DNA of 64,000 nt from an uncultured virus (IMG/VR IMGVR_UViG_3300017761_002881) (IMGVR_UViG_3300017761_002881); one strand, 5' to 3'; counted from the stretch's first letter, positions 9,156 through 17,927 are shown. Made by a program: numbers and translations. The notes: generated by a model from the sequence alone, not told the origin.

Positions 9156-10394
9156 TTACACACGTTCGATACTATATGATAAGGCTTTACTAGTATGAGC
9201 TATTTGATTAGGTATTGCTGAGAAAAACATATAATACTCTGTGCTAGTCATATCAGCGGTAAACTCAGAGATAGGTAAAGTAGTTGCAATGTCGTCAGTT
9301 GTAGATGTAGAACCAGAATTCATAAATCGTAGTTTACTGCCATCGTAACTTAAATCTCGTTTTATTCCGACATATCTAACAGCTGATGATGCAGTAACAT
9401 TGGCAATGAGATTAGTTAATGACCCAGATACATCACTGAAATTATCAGTATTGGCTATGTATATGCGATATCTTGCAGTATCAGTTGTTGTTTGATCTAT
9501 TCTATAGTGTACACGTATTACATCATCATTAGTAAAAGTTCCGGCTATAATTTGTTGTGTATACACTAACACTTCATCTCCTTTACTAGCAGGTGCAGGT
9601 ATGGTGGTACGTGTACCTCTAAATAATCCTAATCTGAGGTTACCATCAAATCTACCAGTGAAAGAACCAGTACCTGTAAGTGTACTACCGTCATATGTTA
9701 ATGCAGATACTCCACCAAAATTAGTACCATTTACATTATATTGTATTTCGTTTGTATTGCCTGCAGGCGTTACTCCAAGTGCCGTTAAGGCGTAGCTAGC
9801 TGTTAAAGCATTTACAGCACAACTAGCAGTAGTAAGTAGTCTATCTAAAGAAGATGAGTAGTGTAAAATTCCAGTTGATGAGACAAAAGGAGTTGTATAT
9901 ACTGAACCAGATGAGCCGAATGGTGCATTTCCTGATCTATAAAAAGGAAGAATATATACATTACTACCGTCTTCGATAGTACCTAGTAGACTGCCCGATA
10001 TACGACCTATTCTAGTGAAGTTAGCATAACTTGAAGTTCCACTAAATTGACTAGAAACAGATCCTGTCCAAGAATTAAAACTAGAGGTTAATAGGTAATC
10101 GGGGGCAAAGGACGCTGTTAAAGCATTTATTGCCTGACTACTCGTTATCTGATAGGTTCCTACTGGCAGAGAAGATGCGGTTAAAGCGTTTCTAGCCCAA
10201 CTACCAGTCCCTTGCAGGCTACCAGTAAATGAGTTAGCAACAACGTTACCGGATACGGTAACAGATCCAGTAAATACAAATGACCCGCTAAGATTTAGTG
10301 AACCAGTCCCATTAGCTGTAAATTGTTTTGAAACTTCTAGAGTTCGTAAGGCAGCATCACTGCCGGATGTAATGACTTTTTTCCAATTTGGCAT
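9156..10394 (-). CDS. Virion fibre / decoration protein
   Basis: MPNWKKVITSGS N-terminus, ALTAS repeats, EIQYN fibre module, S/T/G-rich. Confidence 0.65.
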   Translation of the reverse strand: MPNWKKVITSGSDAALRTLEVSKQFTANGTGSLNLSGSFVFTGSVTVSGNVVANSFTGSLQGTGSWARNALTASSLPVGTYQITSSQAINALTASFAPDYLLTSSFNSWTGSVSSQFSGTSSYANFTRIGRISGSLLGTIEDGSNVYILPFYRSGNAPFGSSGSVYTTPFVSSTGILHYSSSLDRLLTTASCAVNALTASYALTALGVTPAGNTNEIQYNVNGTNFGGVSALTYDGSTLTGTGSFTGRFDGNLRLGLFRGTRTTIPAPASKGDEVLVYTQQIIAGTFTNDDVIRVHYRIDQTTTDTARYRIYIANTDNFSDVSGSLTNLIANVTASSAVRYVGIKRDLSYDGSKLRFMNSGSTSTTDDIATTLPISEFTADMTSTEYYMFFSAIPNQIAHTSKALSYSIERV

Positions 10395-10469
10395 AATACG
10401 CTTTGTTTTTGCGGTAGGTGATCGTTAATGATCCCACTTCCTGTTACGGCCAACAAAAATCAAAATATA

Positions 10470-10649
10470 TTAATTATATTTTTGATATTGATTCTGCAGT
10501 TTAATTACTATGTTAAATACAGTTTCCAATTGTTCACCAGTAAACGAAGCACGTTTCAATGCTAACAATAGAAACTCTAATTCTTCTTTTGTTAATGAAT
10601 TGTCTGGCTCTTTGGCTTTATTACTAATTATTTTATCTATTAATCCCAT
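10470..10649 (-). CDS. Small hypothetical protein (likely start MGLIDK)
   Basis: Downstream ATG at 10649 avoids the overlap with 10669..11883; helical 59-aa product. Confidence 0.6.
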   Translation of the reverse strand: MGLIDKIISNKAKEPDNSLTKEELEFLLLALKRASFTGEQLETVFNIVIKLQNQYQKYN

Positions 10650-10668
10650 AACCGTTAACTTTATTTTA

Positions 10669-11883
10669 TTATACATAAATCCAAATTGATTCATCACTAG
10701 AATTAATATACATGTTACCATAACCAGCACTAGCTGATCCATATGTCGGAGGCAATGTAGGCGCGACAGACGATTGTTTAGCAGTTACAAGATATTCATC
10801 AGGTGTAGCTTCATCGGCTAATTCACTTAATGATGACGTTACGGCCCATCTAGGCGATGAAGCATTAGTGACATTCGCGCCATCCATAAATAATGCATAA
10901 CCAGAACCGGTAGCTTTACCGCTATTAACTGCAAATCGATTTTGTACAACAATACCACCGTCTATATTTTGATTCAATGAACTAGAACCTAACAATATAA
11001 ATCGGTCAGCTACAGTTAAATTTTGAGTTGTAACTGTTGTAGTAGTACCGTTAACTTGCAAATTACCATTCAATGTCAAATTTTGCATCGTGGTAGTGGT
11101 AGCGTTACCACCAATGGCTATTGCAGTTGTACCGTTAGTACTATTAGCAATATTAAATGCAGCTGCAGTCGTTGTAATATCACCGCCATTAACTGCCAAA
11201 TCTCCATTCAATACAATATTATCAGCTAACTTAATTCCAATCTTACCATCAGCACTACCGACAGTAGTCGTAATGTTACTAGAACCGCTAAATATTAAAG
11301 GAACGGTTGCTAATGATACAGTGCCAGTTGTAGTATCTGATCCAGATATGGTTAATGTACCACCATTAGAATTAAGTGCATAACTAGCAGTAATAGCTAA
11401 TGATGCTGTAGCGGCAAATGAGGCTGTACCAACAAATCCAATATATCCTGCAATTTGTCCAGCCGGAATATTATAAACAGTAGAGTTAACACTAGTTAAT
11501 GCATTTGTTGCACCTAGTTGCGGATCAACTTTAATTGTAGTGGCACTACCGGCCCCAGGATCCGGTAATAAATTATTACCAGCAATATCTCCTAACAAAG
11601 CATTTAACGTAATTGATCGATTGCCAGCTGAGGTATTAACATAGAAATCATCTGTTGGTCCTAAATCTGTAACTGCAGTACTTGGAAATGCAGCAACTAC
11701 ACCAGTTAAGTTACTACCATCACCGCTAAATGAACCACTAAATGATCCTGATAATCTAGTATTGGATACGCCGGTACCCACTACGTTAAAAGCAGTACTA
11801 CCTACGGTTACGGTAGTGTCGGCTGTTACAGTTGTTAACGCTGCCGATGACCCAGAGACTAAGACTTTTTTCCATGTTCCCAT
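10669..11883 (-). CDS. Virion fibre / decoration protein
   Basis: MGTWKKVLVSGS N-terminus; LTLNGNLQVNGTTTTVTTQNLTVADRFILL fibre motif; S/T/G-rich. Confidence 0.65.
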   Translation of the reverse strand: MGTWKKVLVSGSSAALTTVTADTTVTVGSTAFNVVGTGVSNTRLSGSFSGSFSGDGSNLTGVVAAFPSTAVTDLGPTDDFYVNTSAGNRSITLNALLGDIAGNNLLPDPGAGSATTIKVDPQLGATNALTSVNSTVYNIPAGQIAGYIGFVGTASFAATASLAITASYALNSNGGTLTISGSDTTTGTVSLATVPLIFSGSSNITTTVGSADGKIGIKLADNIVLNGDLAVNGGDITTTAAAFNIANSTNGTTAIAIGGNATTTTMQNLTLNGNLQVNGTTTTVTTQNLTVADRFILLGSSSLNQNIDGGIVVQNRFAVNSGKATGSGYALFMDGANVTNASSPRWAVTSSLSELADEATPDEYLVTAKQSSVAPTLPPTYGSASAGYGNMYINSSDESIWIYV

Positions 11884-11915
11884 GTGCTATTTCCTTTACA
11901 ATTTTATTATAAATA

Positions 11916-12332
11916 TTATAATGAAACGAAAAAATTATCGTTAAAGAATAATATACCACCGGGGTTAGGATTTACAGGTAATGCCGATTGAGTAGCTAAA
12001 AATATACTACCGCTATTAGTTACGGTTACAATATTGTAAGTATTATTATTAATTAAAAAGGGTGTATTTGATACGGATGTTACGGTCACGCCAGGATCGG
12101 ACTGTATGGTACCTAACTTTAATTCGTTATAGTCATTTTTAATTAAAAAGAAATCATCTGTAAATTTAGCTGGGTCATCTACTACTTGAAATTCGCTAGT
12201 AGTAATATTCCAAAAGCTACCGGTAGCAGAAACTGAACCGCTTATAGTTAATGGGCCAGACCCTTCATAAATGCCACCAGGGCCACGTGGTCCTTGTGGT
12301 CCAGGAGTATTTACTATAATAACTCTAGACAT
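11916..12332 (-). CDS. Small structural protein with collagen-like GPQGPRGP
   Basis: N-terminal Gly-X-Y triplets; located in the fibre cluster. Confidence 0.6.
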   Translation of the reverse strand: MSRVIIVNTPGPQGPRGPGGIYEGSGPLTISGSVSATGSFWNITTSEFQVVDDPAKFTDDFFLIKNDYNELKLGTIQSDPGVTVTSVSNTPFLINNNTYNIVTVTNSGSIFLATQSALPVNPNPGGILFFNDNFFVSL

Positions 12333-12712
12333 TATCGAGTTACCTCTTTACTTAATTTGACACATCCTTGTAATATACGTGATACAGTAATACCAGTATG
12401 AATTTCTAAATCATATGCAGCTTCTGTAAAAGATAATAATGATGATGAATAAGCTGAGATATATACGCCTATACTTCCAGATGTGGGAGGTGTTGTGCCG
12501 TTACTACCGCTCATATTAAGACCGGTACCATCACCTCGCAGTGAACTACTTAAAGACAATAAGATTGTATTTGAGTCAGTAGAAGGACGTATCTGCAATC
12601 TTGCCCCATATCCACTAAGATCTACAGGTGTATTTGTACTGTCCTTATACTGAACTTCGAATGTTGTCGTAGCACCTTGTTCTATTATAAACGAGTATTT
12701 ACCAGCCGGCAT
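12332..12712 (-). CDS. Ig-like fibre anchor / adaptor protein (BppU N-terminal-like)
   Basis: IEQGAT...PVDLSGYGARLQIR...YDLEI...RILQG pattern typical of phage fibre-base domains. Confidence 0.6.
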   Translation of the reverse strand: MPAGKYSFIIEQGATTTFEVQYKDSTNTPVDLSGYGARLQIRPSTDSNTILLSLSSSLRGDGTGLNMSGSNGTTPPTSGSIGVYISAYSSSLLSFTEAAYDLEIHTGITVSRILQGCVKLSKEVTR

Positions 12713-12745
12713 AGTGTTCCTTTAAAATATCTTTTCTTATAAATA

Positions 12746-13411
12746 TCAACTATATTCACTTAACATTTTAAATATTTCATCGAGTGCTGCATGCCTATGA
12801 TTGTCAAGTAGTATAATTTTATTTACATACTTAGACTTTTCGATTTTAGGTATCTCATGGAACGCTGAATCATTTTTATATTTTAAATCTATTTGCTGAC
12901 TATCACCTGTAAATATCAAAGTAGAATTAACTCCTAATCTACCTAAACACATATGCAATTGTTGCTTGGATAAATTTTGAAATTCGTCTATAACACATAC
13001 TGCATTTTCAAATGTACGTCCACGGAAGTGAGTTAATGATACCCATTCAATACTATCTTCCATTTCTAATTTTTGTAGTAAATCCGGTTTGTTATATACT
13101 TTACGCATATTGCTACGTATAGGTACTAACCATGGCTCCATTTTTTCTTTTTCCGTACCTGGTAAAAATCCATTATCCTCAGTTGATACAGTCGGCCTTG
13201 TTATAACTATTTTATTGACAGTGCGTTTAAAAAACATATCCAATGCAATCTGTACAGCTAACATTGTTTTGCCGGATCCGGCTTTACCTATAATAAAATT
13301 AATAGGTGTTTGAAGAATGAGCTCCTTTGCTGCTTTCTGTTCATTAGATAATGTAACAGAAAATTTAATATCAGTTTTAGGAGGATTACGGTCGATGTTC
13401 TCTCTTGGCAT
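12746..13411 (-). CDS. phoH: PhoH-family ATPase
   Basis: GKAGSGKT Walker A, ITRP, GFLPG..EKMEPW, RGRTF, IDEFQN, GDSQQIDL. Confidence 0.95.
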   Translation of the reverse strand: MPRENIDRNPPKTDIKFSVTLSNEQKAAKELILQTPINFIIGKAGSGKTMLAVQIALDMFFKRTVNKIVITRPTVSTEDNGFLPGTEKEKMEPWLVPIRSNMRKVYNKPDLLQKLEMEDSIEWVSLTHFRGRTFENAVCVIDEFQNLSKQQLHMCLGRLGVNSTLIFTGDSQQIDLKYKNDSAFHEIPKIEKSKYVNKIILLDNHRHAALDEIFKMLSEYS

Positions 13412-13428
13412 ACATTATCCTATTTAAT

Positions 13429-13436
13429 ATAAATAT
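13429..13436 (-). promoter_or_regulatory. Putative late promoter motif ATATTTAT (phoH)
   Basis: Just downstream of the MCP terminator. Confidence 0.6.
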
Positions 13437-13454
13437 CTACGAGGCCAAAGACAT

Positions 13455-13480
13455 AAAAAAAGGGAGACCTAAGTCTCCCC
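13455..13480 (-). terminator. Rho-independent terminator after the major capsid gene
   Basis: mRNA GGGAGAC-UUAG-GUCUCCC followed by a U7 tract. Confidence 0.85.
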
Positions 13481-13504
13481 TCTTTTAATAGTATTTAGTT
13501 AAGA

Positions 13505-15217
13505 TTATACACGGTTGAGAGCGTGTACAAATACTTTACCATAGAATTCTGGACGTAACATCTTCTTAGCATAACGAGTCATCACACCCTTACGTGGAGT
13601 AAAGTTAGTTGGATCGTACACTAATGGAGTCATAATCAATGGTACATATGGAGCATATACAGCGCCTGTTTCCAGGAACTGGCTACCACGGTAACCCATC
13701 AGAATTGTATTTTCAGTCATGTATGGGTTTTTGTATACTTGGAAGCGGCTATTAATAGCACCAATCTTTTGTACACCCATTGCAAACTGCATTTTATCAC
13801 CATCTGTATCAGCAGCATATCCTGGGATAGACTCTAGAATAGTTGCTACACTTGGAGAACATACTAAGAAGTTTGCTCCACCACGCATAGTCAATTGGTG
13901 AATTTTATTGCTTACTTTTTGGATCTTAGTACCAAGAGTTTGGAACCAAGTACCTTGGTTATAAGCTTGACCGGCGGTCGACCCATCCACAAATTTATTA
14001 GTTGATGCATCAAATACAAAACCAATTTGTGCAGACCAACGCTCAGTTGTTTGAGCATTTTGAATCAACATGTCTAAGATTTCAAGATCAATTTCTTGCG
14101 AAATGTATTCTGACAACATGCTAGTCAATTCAGCTTCAGCATCAATGCTATGATAAGCATTAAGGTCTTGCGCGAATTCAGGTGACCATACAGCCTTCAG
14201 CTTACGTGTCTTAGCAACAATAGCCTCACTACGAAGTTCCAGGTTAATTTCTGGAATAGCAGTAGTATCAGCTAAAGCAGAACCTGCATTATCTTCAAAG
14301 TCACCACGTGTCTGATCATTAGGTTGCTTATGATAAACTACTTCTACAGTATTAGCTGCAACTGGAATAGCTGGAGTAGCAGCAGTCTGAACTAAGAAGT
14401 AAATATGTCCACCTTTTGTAACTGTAAATTCTGGGAAGATGGTAGTAATACCTGATCCAGAAACATTAAATGCGCGCACACCCTTCAGATCTGGAGTAGT
14501 TAATGAACCAGTCTCTACTTGAAGTACTTGGAATACTTGGCTACCGCCAGCTGCAGATGCTGCTGATGCAGAAAATTCTGAGTTAAAATTAGTAAATAAA
14601 TCTAACTGTATGCCCGTCAGTCCAGATACGCCTACAGTAAATGTATTAGTAAATGGATTATAAGAACCAGTACTGTAATTAGTAGCTCCTAATACAGCAT
14701 TTACATCATTAATAGTATAACCAAAACGTCCTGGGCCATAAAGACCTTCGCTAGGAGCGCTAGTACCACGATCTGCATCAGTAACACCGAATACAGAATC
14801 AGCTTGCGATGTACGACCTTGACCTGTTAAGAAGTCATTGCCTTGTGCTGAACTAAAACCATTAGTGCCTTGTGCAGTACCATATTTGAAATCCAAGAAG
14901 AACACAAGTCCTGATGGAAGATTCATTGGTTGTACACTAACGAAGTCTTTTGCAGCAATTTCTGCAAAAATACGACGAACTAATGGTAAAGCTACGCCAG
15001 CCCATTGCTCAGCGTTAGCTTGGTTTTGTGTAGTAGCGTTAGCTTCTGTTACCAATTGCTTAGCTTGGTTTTCCAAAAGTACAGCCATACCACGACGGTC
15101 ATTCTCATTAGCAATGCCTTCCAACAAACCGGTCTTTTGCCACTTCTTTTCAAGTGCCAATGCTGCCGAATGCTGTGTAGCTTGTGCTTCATGAGGTAAT
15201 AAAGAATTTAAATTCAT
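13505..15217 (-). CDS. Major capsid protein (T4 gp23-like)
   Basis: LPLVRR, VSVQPMNLPSGLVF, AKTRKLKAVWSPEFAQDLNAYHSIDAEAEL, YAPYVPL, FTPRKGVMTRY. Confidence 0.97.
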   Translation of the reverse strand: MNLNSLLPHEAQATQHSAALALEKKWQKTGLLEGIANENDRRGMAVLLENQAKQLVTEANATTQNQANAEQWAGVALPLVRRIFAEIAAKDFVSVQPMNLPSGLVFFLDFKYGTAQGTNGFSSAQGNDFLTGQGRTSQADSVFGVTDADRGTSAPSEGLYGPGRFGYTINDVNAVLGATNYSTGSYNPFTNTFTVGVSGLTGIQLDLFTNFNSEFSASAASAAGGSQVFQVLQVETGSLTTPDLKGVRAFNVSGSGITTIFPEFTVTKGGHIYFLVQTAATPAIPVAANTVEVVYHKQPNDQTRGDFEDNAGSALADTTAIPEINLELRSEAIVAKTRKLKAVWSPEFAQDLNAYHSIDAEAELTSMLSEYISQEIDLEILDMLIQNAQTTERWSAQIGFVFDASTNKFVDGSTAGQAYNQGTWFQTLGTKIQKVSNKIHQLTMRGGANFLVCSPSVATILESIPGYAADTDGDKMQFAMGVQKIGAINSRFQVYKNPYMTENTILMGYRGSQFLETGAVYAPYVPLIMTPLVYDPTNFTPRKGVMTRYAKKMLRPEFYGKVFVHALNRV

Positions 15218-15237
15218 TTTGATTCCTCTTTGTTTTT

Positions 15238-16104
15238 TTACTTAAGATTAGCTAATTTCTTCCAACGAGCTGCCAATTCAAATCCTTCGCTAAGAATTTC
15301 TTTCTTAGGAGCTGTAGATTTGCCGGCTGGCTTTGAAGCATAGCTTTCTTTAATTTGTTGTTTTTTCTTAGCGCCTACGCTGCCGAATGATTCACATAAA
15401 GTGCTATAAACTAATTTTACTTCACGGATTGAAGCAGCACGATCAAAGTTTTCAATAACTTTCATTTTTTGTGATTCGTTCAACGAATAGTTTCTAAATA
15501 ACTTGTTTGAAAATAACAATTTTGCATTTAGAAGATTTACTTCGTTAAGCTTAGACTTCATAAAGCGAATAACACGATAAGCTTCTTTAAGATCTTCAGA
15601 TTCCTCTTCGCCTTCAGCTACAGGATCTTCGTCTTCATCTTCGCCTTCGGTTACTGGCTCTTCTTCGGTGTCATCGTCTTCTTCACGAAGTGCACGGATG
15701 ATTTCTTCGATGTTAACATCTTCTTCCTCTTCCATGGCAGGCTCTACTGATACTTCGGCATCAGCTTCTTCCTCTTCTTCCATAGTAGTCTCTTCCATTT
15801 CGCCTTCCAATTCACGGATAATAGATTCAAGATCTAAATCTTCTTCCATTTCCATTTCATCTTCTTCTTCGATAGCTGGACCAGCTGTTGGAGTGCCGTC
15901 TTCTTCGTTTTCGTAGCCTTCAGTTGGCATTTCTTCCTCTTCTTCTTCCATTGTATCCTCTTCAGCCTCTTCAGCTAAACGAGCAGATAACATACTTTGA
16001 AGACGTGGAGTGAATGCCTCTTCTAATGCAATTTTAGCATTTGCCATTGCTGTCTCACGTACAGCTTTAGCATCTGCAATTGCCTCTTTTAACAGATTGT
16101 TCAT
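15238..16104 (-). CDS. Prohead core / scaffold protein (gp22-like)
   Basis: Highly acidic coiled coil directly upstream of the MCP gene; many [IL]-x-E sites. Confidence 0.85.
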   Translation of the reverse strand: MNNLLKEAIADAKAVRETAMANAKIALEEAFTPRLQSMLSARLAEEAEEDTMEEEEEEMPTEGYENEEDGTPTAGPAIEEEDEMEMEEDLDLESIIRELEGEMEETTMEEEEEADAEVSVEPAMEEEEDVNIEEIIRALREEDDDTEEEPVTEGEDEDEDPVAEGEEESEDLKEAYRVIRFMKSKLNEVNLLNAKLLFSNKLFRNYSLNESQKMKVIENFDRAASIREVKLVYSTLCESFGSVGAKKKQQIKESYASKPAGKSTAPKKEILSEGFELAARWKKLANLK

Positions 16105-16131
16105 GAGTTCTCCTCTTATTTAATTCGGAAA

Positions 16132-16200
16132 TAAGATTATTAGTAATCTTAATAGATAGATTGAATAATGTTGAGTGACTGTATATTAGACTGATACAGT
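16132..16200 (-). promoter_or_regulatory. Two stem-loops in the scaffold/MCP 5' leader, both containing CUAAUA
   Basis: Perfect inverted repeats TAAGATTA/TAATCTTA (16132-16151) and ACTGTAT/ATACAGT (16178-16200). Confidence 0.55.
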
Positions 16201-16254
16201 ATCGTATAACAAATATATATATGCCTATGGAAAATAAAACAATCCTATGATAGT

Positions 16255-16281
16255 AAAAAAGGTGCCGTAAAGACACCTTTT
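16255..16281 (-). terminator. Rho-independent terminator after the bS21 gene
   Basis: mRNA AAAAGGUGUC-UUUAC-GGCACCUUUUUU hairpin with U tract. Confidence 0.8.
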
Positions 16282-16299
16282 CATTTAAACTTTTTCAAT

Positions 16300-16557
16300 T
16301 TAAGAATTTCTCTCAGTTGCTCGTTGTGCTAAATACAAAGCTCGTTCGTTTTGTGCGTGACGAGTTACATTAGGCTTTTCGTAGTAAGTACGGTCTTTCA
16401 ATTGCTCTAAAACCCTACCATCTTTCAACTGCTTCTTCCAACGACGCAATGCAAATGATAAATCAGCACGATCATTTACACGTACTACACGAGTACCGTT
16501 AGGAGTACCCGGAATGATACTCTCAAAATATTTTTGTTTCTTATTCATGTAATTCAT
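16300..16557 (-). CDS. rpsU: Phage-encoded 30S ribosomal protein bS21 with N-terminal extension
   Basis: VRV...LSFALRRWKKQLKDGRVLEQLKDRTYYEKP matches the bS21 pattern (ALRRFKR...R.YYEKP); location beside capsid genes fits known bS21 phages. Confidence 0.88.
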   Translation of the reverse strand: MNYMNKKQKYFESIIPGTPNGTRVVRVNDRADLSFALRRWKKQLKDGRVLEQLKDRTYYEKPNVTRHAQNERALYLAQRATERNS

Positions 16558-16576
16558 ATAACTTATTTAATTTAAT

Positions 16577-16608
16577 ACAATATAATAACTTTAATTTATA
16601 AAAACAAA
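16577..16608 (-). promoter_or_regulatory. Host-type (Bacteroidota-like) promoter for bS21
   Basis: Coding strand TTTG-N20-TATATTGT. Confidence 0.6.
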
Positions 16609-16621
16609 AATAATTACTTAT

Positions 16622-16849
16622 TTATTCATTATCCAATGCATTCTCTACAGCTTCGTCAAAAGCTGTTTCTAAATCATTAGATTCTAGCATCTCTTTAACT
16701 GAATCGAGCAACTCTAAAGCTTCTTTTACTTGTTTACGTTGCAATAATTTAATTAAATAATCTAAATTTTCACCTGGGCGGCGATAATTTTCATTTAACA
16801 CTTTTTTAATTTCTTCGCGAATAAGCTTTCTAAATTCGTTTGTCTTCAT
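16622..16849 (-). CDS. Probable internal head protein
   Basis: N-terminal MKTNEFRKLIREEIKKVLNE leader shared with 27289..27657. Confidence 0.6.
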   Translation of the reverse strand: MKTNEFRKLIREEIKKVLNENYRRPGENLDYLIKLLQRKQVKEALELLDSVKEMLESNDLETAFDEAVENALDNE

Positions 16850-17262
16850 TTTAATGCCTCATTTACTTTGTAATACTTATTAAGTACCGAACCAATATCT
16901 TCATAAGCAGCTTCTAAGCGTTGCTGCATGCCTGACATTTCACCTGCAGTCTTTTCAAACACTTTATAAGCCTCTTGCAATTGTTTCATATGACGAGAAA
17001 CTGTTACATTATCAAACCAATGTTCTGATTCTTGCAATGTTACATTTTCTGCCATTTCAACAATACCGCCTAATGTACTAGCTACTTCTTTTAAAGTATT
17101 GGCACGGTAAATCATTTCGCCTAGGCGATGATAATTAGCTACTGCTTCTAAAAAAGCTTTTTTATCTTCTTTAGTCATTTCAGGCATATCATCTTCTTCT
17201 TCGCGAAGATACTTTTCATTTAAAATGTTTTTCAACATTTTTGCTTCCCAATGTTTTGACAT
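16846..17262 (-). CDS. Head-cluster helical protein (possible prohead core component)
   Basis: LNE/LREE/LQE sites; within the head operon; GGAGG SD. Confidence 0.6.
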   Translation of the reverse strand: MSKHWEAKMLKNILNEKYLREEEDDMPEMTKEDKKAFLEAVANYHRLGEMIYRANTLKEVASTLGGIVEMAENVTLQESEHWFDNVTVSRHMKQLQEAYKVFEKTAGEMSGMQQRLEAAYEDIGSVLNKYYKVNEALK

Positions 17263-17621
17263 TACAACCCTCCGTAAGCTTGCTTTATAATTTTAGCAAC
17301 GCCTTTAAGATTTTTTTCAGCAGCCTGTGAATAACGTCCTAACTGCGTCATCCATTGACGATACTCTGGTAATCCTTCGGCGTCAGCAGTCATTTCTAGT
17401 TCATAACCAAATTCATCAGTTAAATCTCCTAACATGTTCATAATTTCATCTAGTTGTGCTTGAAATTCTTTACGACGATCACTGCCTGGCTCAGCTTCAT
17501 TAACTGTACGTTTACCAGTAGCAATACCCGCCTTACCAAAACTTTCTTTAATCAAGCCCTTGTCATCAGACATAGGCTTGCCAGCGAATAGTTGATTATA
17601 TTTATCTTTTAAACTTTTCAT
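17262..17621 (-). CDS. Head-cluster hypothetical protein
   Basis: LIKE and VNE sites; stop overlaps the next start. Confidence 0.6.
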   Translation of the reverse strand: MKSLKDKYNQLFAGKPMSDDKGLIKESFGKAGIATGKRTVNEAEPGSDRRKEFQAQLDEIMNMLGDLTDEFGYELEMTADAEGLPEYRQWMTQLGRYSQAAEKNLKGVAKIIKQAYGGL

Positions 17622-17651
17622 AAGTAAAAAAATTATTGAGTTAATACTGGT

Positions 17652-17927
17652 TTACTGGTTATAAGGCGCTTGTTGAAGTGGAAGGTTACCGAATGGATCG
17701 ACAACACTACCGTTACCCGCCTGTCCGACAGGATTAGTAGGACCTAACAAACTAGCGCCGGCTGCATCTGTTAAGCTATCAAAAATACCTACACCTGTTT
17801 TAGGATTACCTAATTGCATGTTTTCTAACGGTTCTGCATTTACTCCAGTAGTATATCCAGTACCTTTAGCGCCTATAGGATTGTTAGGGCCTATTTGTGA
17901 TGTGTTTGCTAAATCTATGAGTGCCAT
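17652..17927 (-). CDS. Small G/P/N-rich protein with an internal duplication
   Basis: LIDLANTSQIGPNNPIGAKGTG vs LTDAAGASLLGPTNPVGQAGNG; GGGAG SD. Confidence 0.6.
   Translation of the reverse strand: MALIDLANTSQIGPNNPIGAKGTGYTTGVNAEPLENMQLGNPKTGVGIFDSLTDAAGASLLGPTNPVGQAGNGSVVDPFGNLPLQQAPYNQ

Noticed and set aside
10650..10742. N-terminal extensions in the ORF track for 10470..10742, 26682..27329 and 62880..63245
   Set aside because: They overlap upstream genes; internal ATGs at 10649, 27287 and 63152 fit operon spacing better.
16067..16276. 69-aa minus-strand ORF over the scaffold leader
   Set aside because: Starts inside a terminator hairpin and overlaps the promoter, hairpins and scaffold start; better explained as non-coding.
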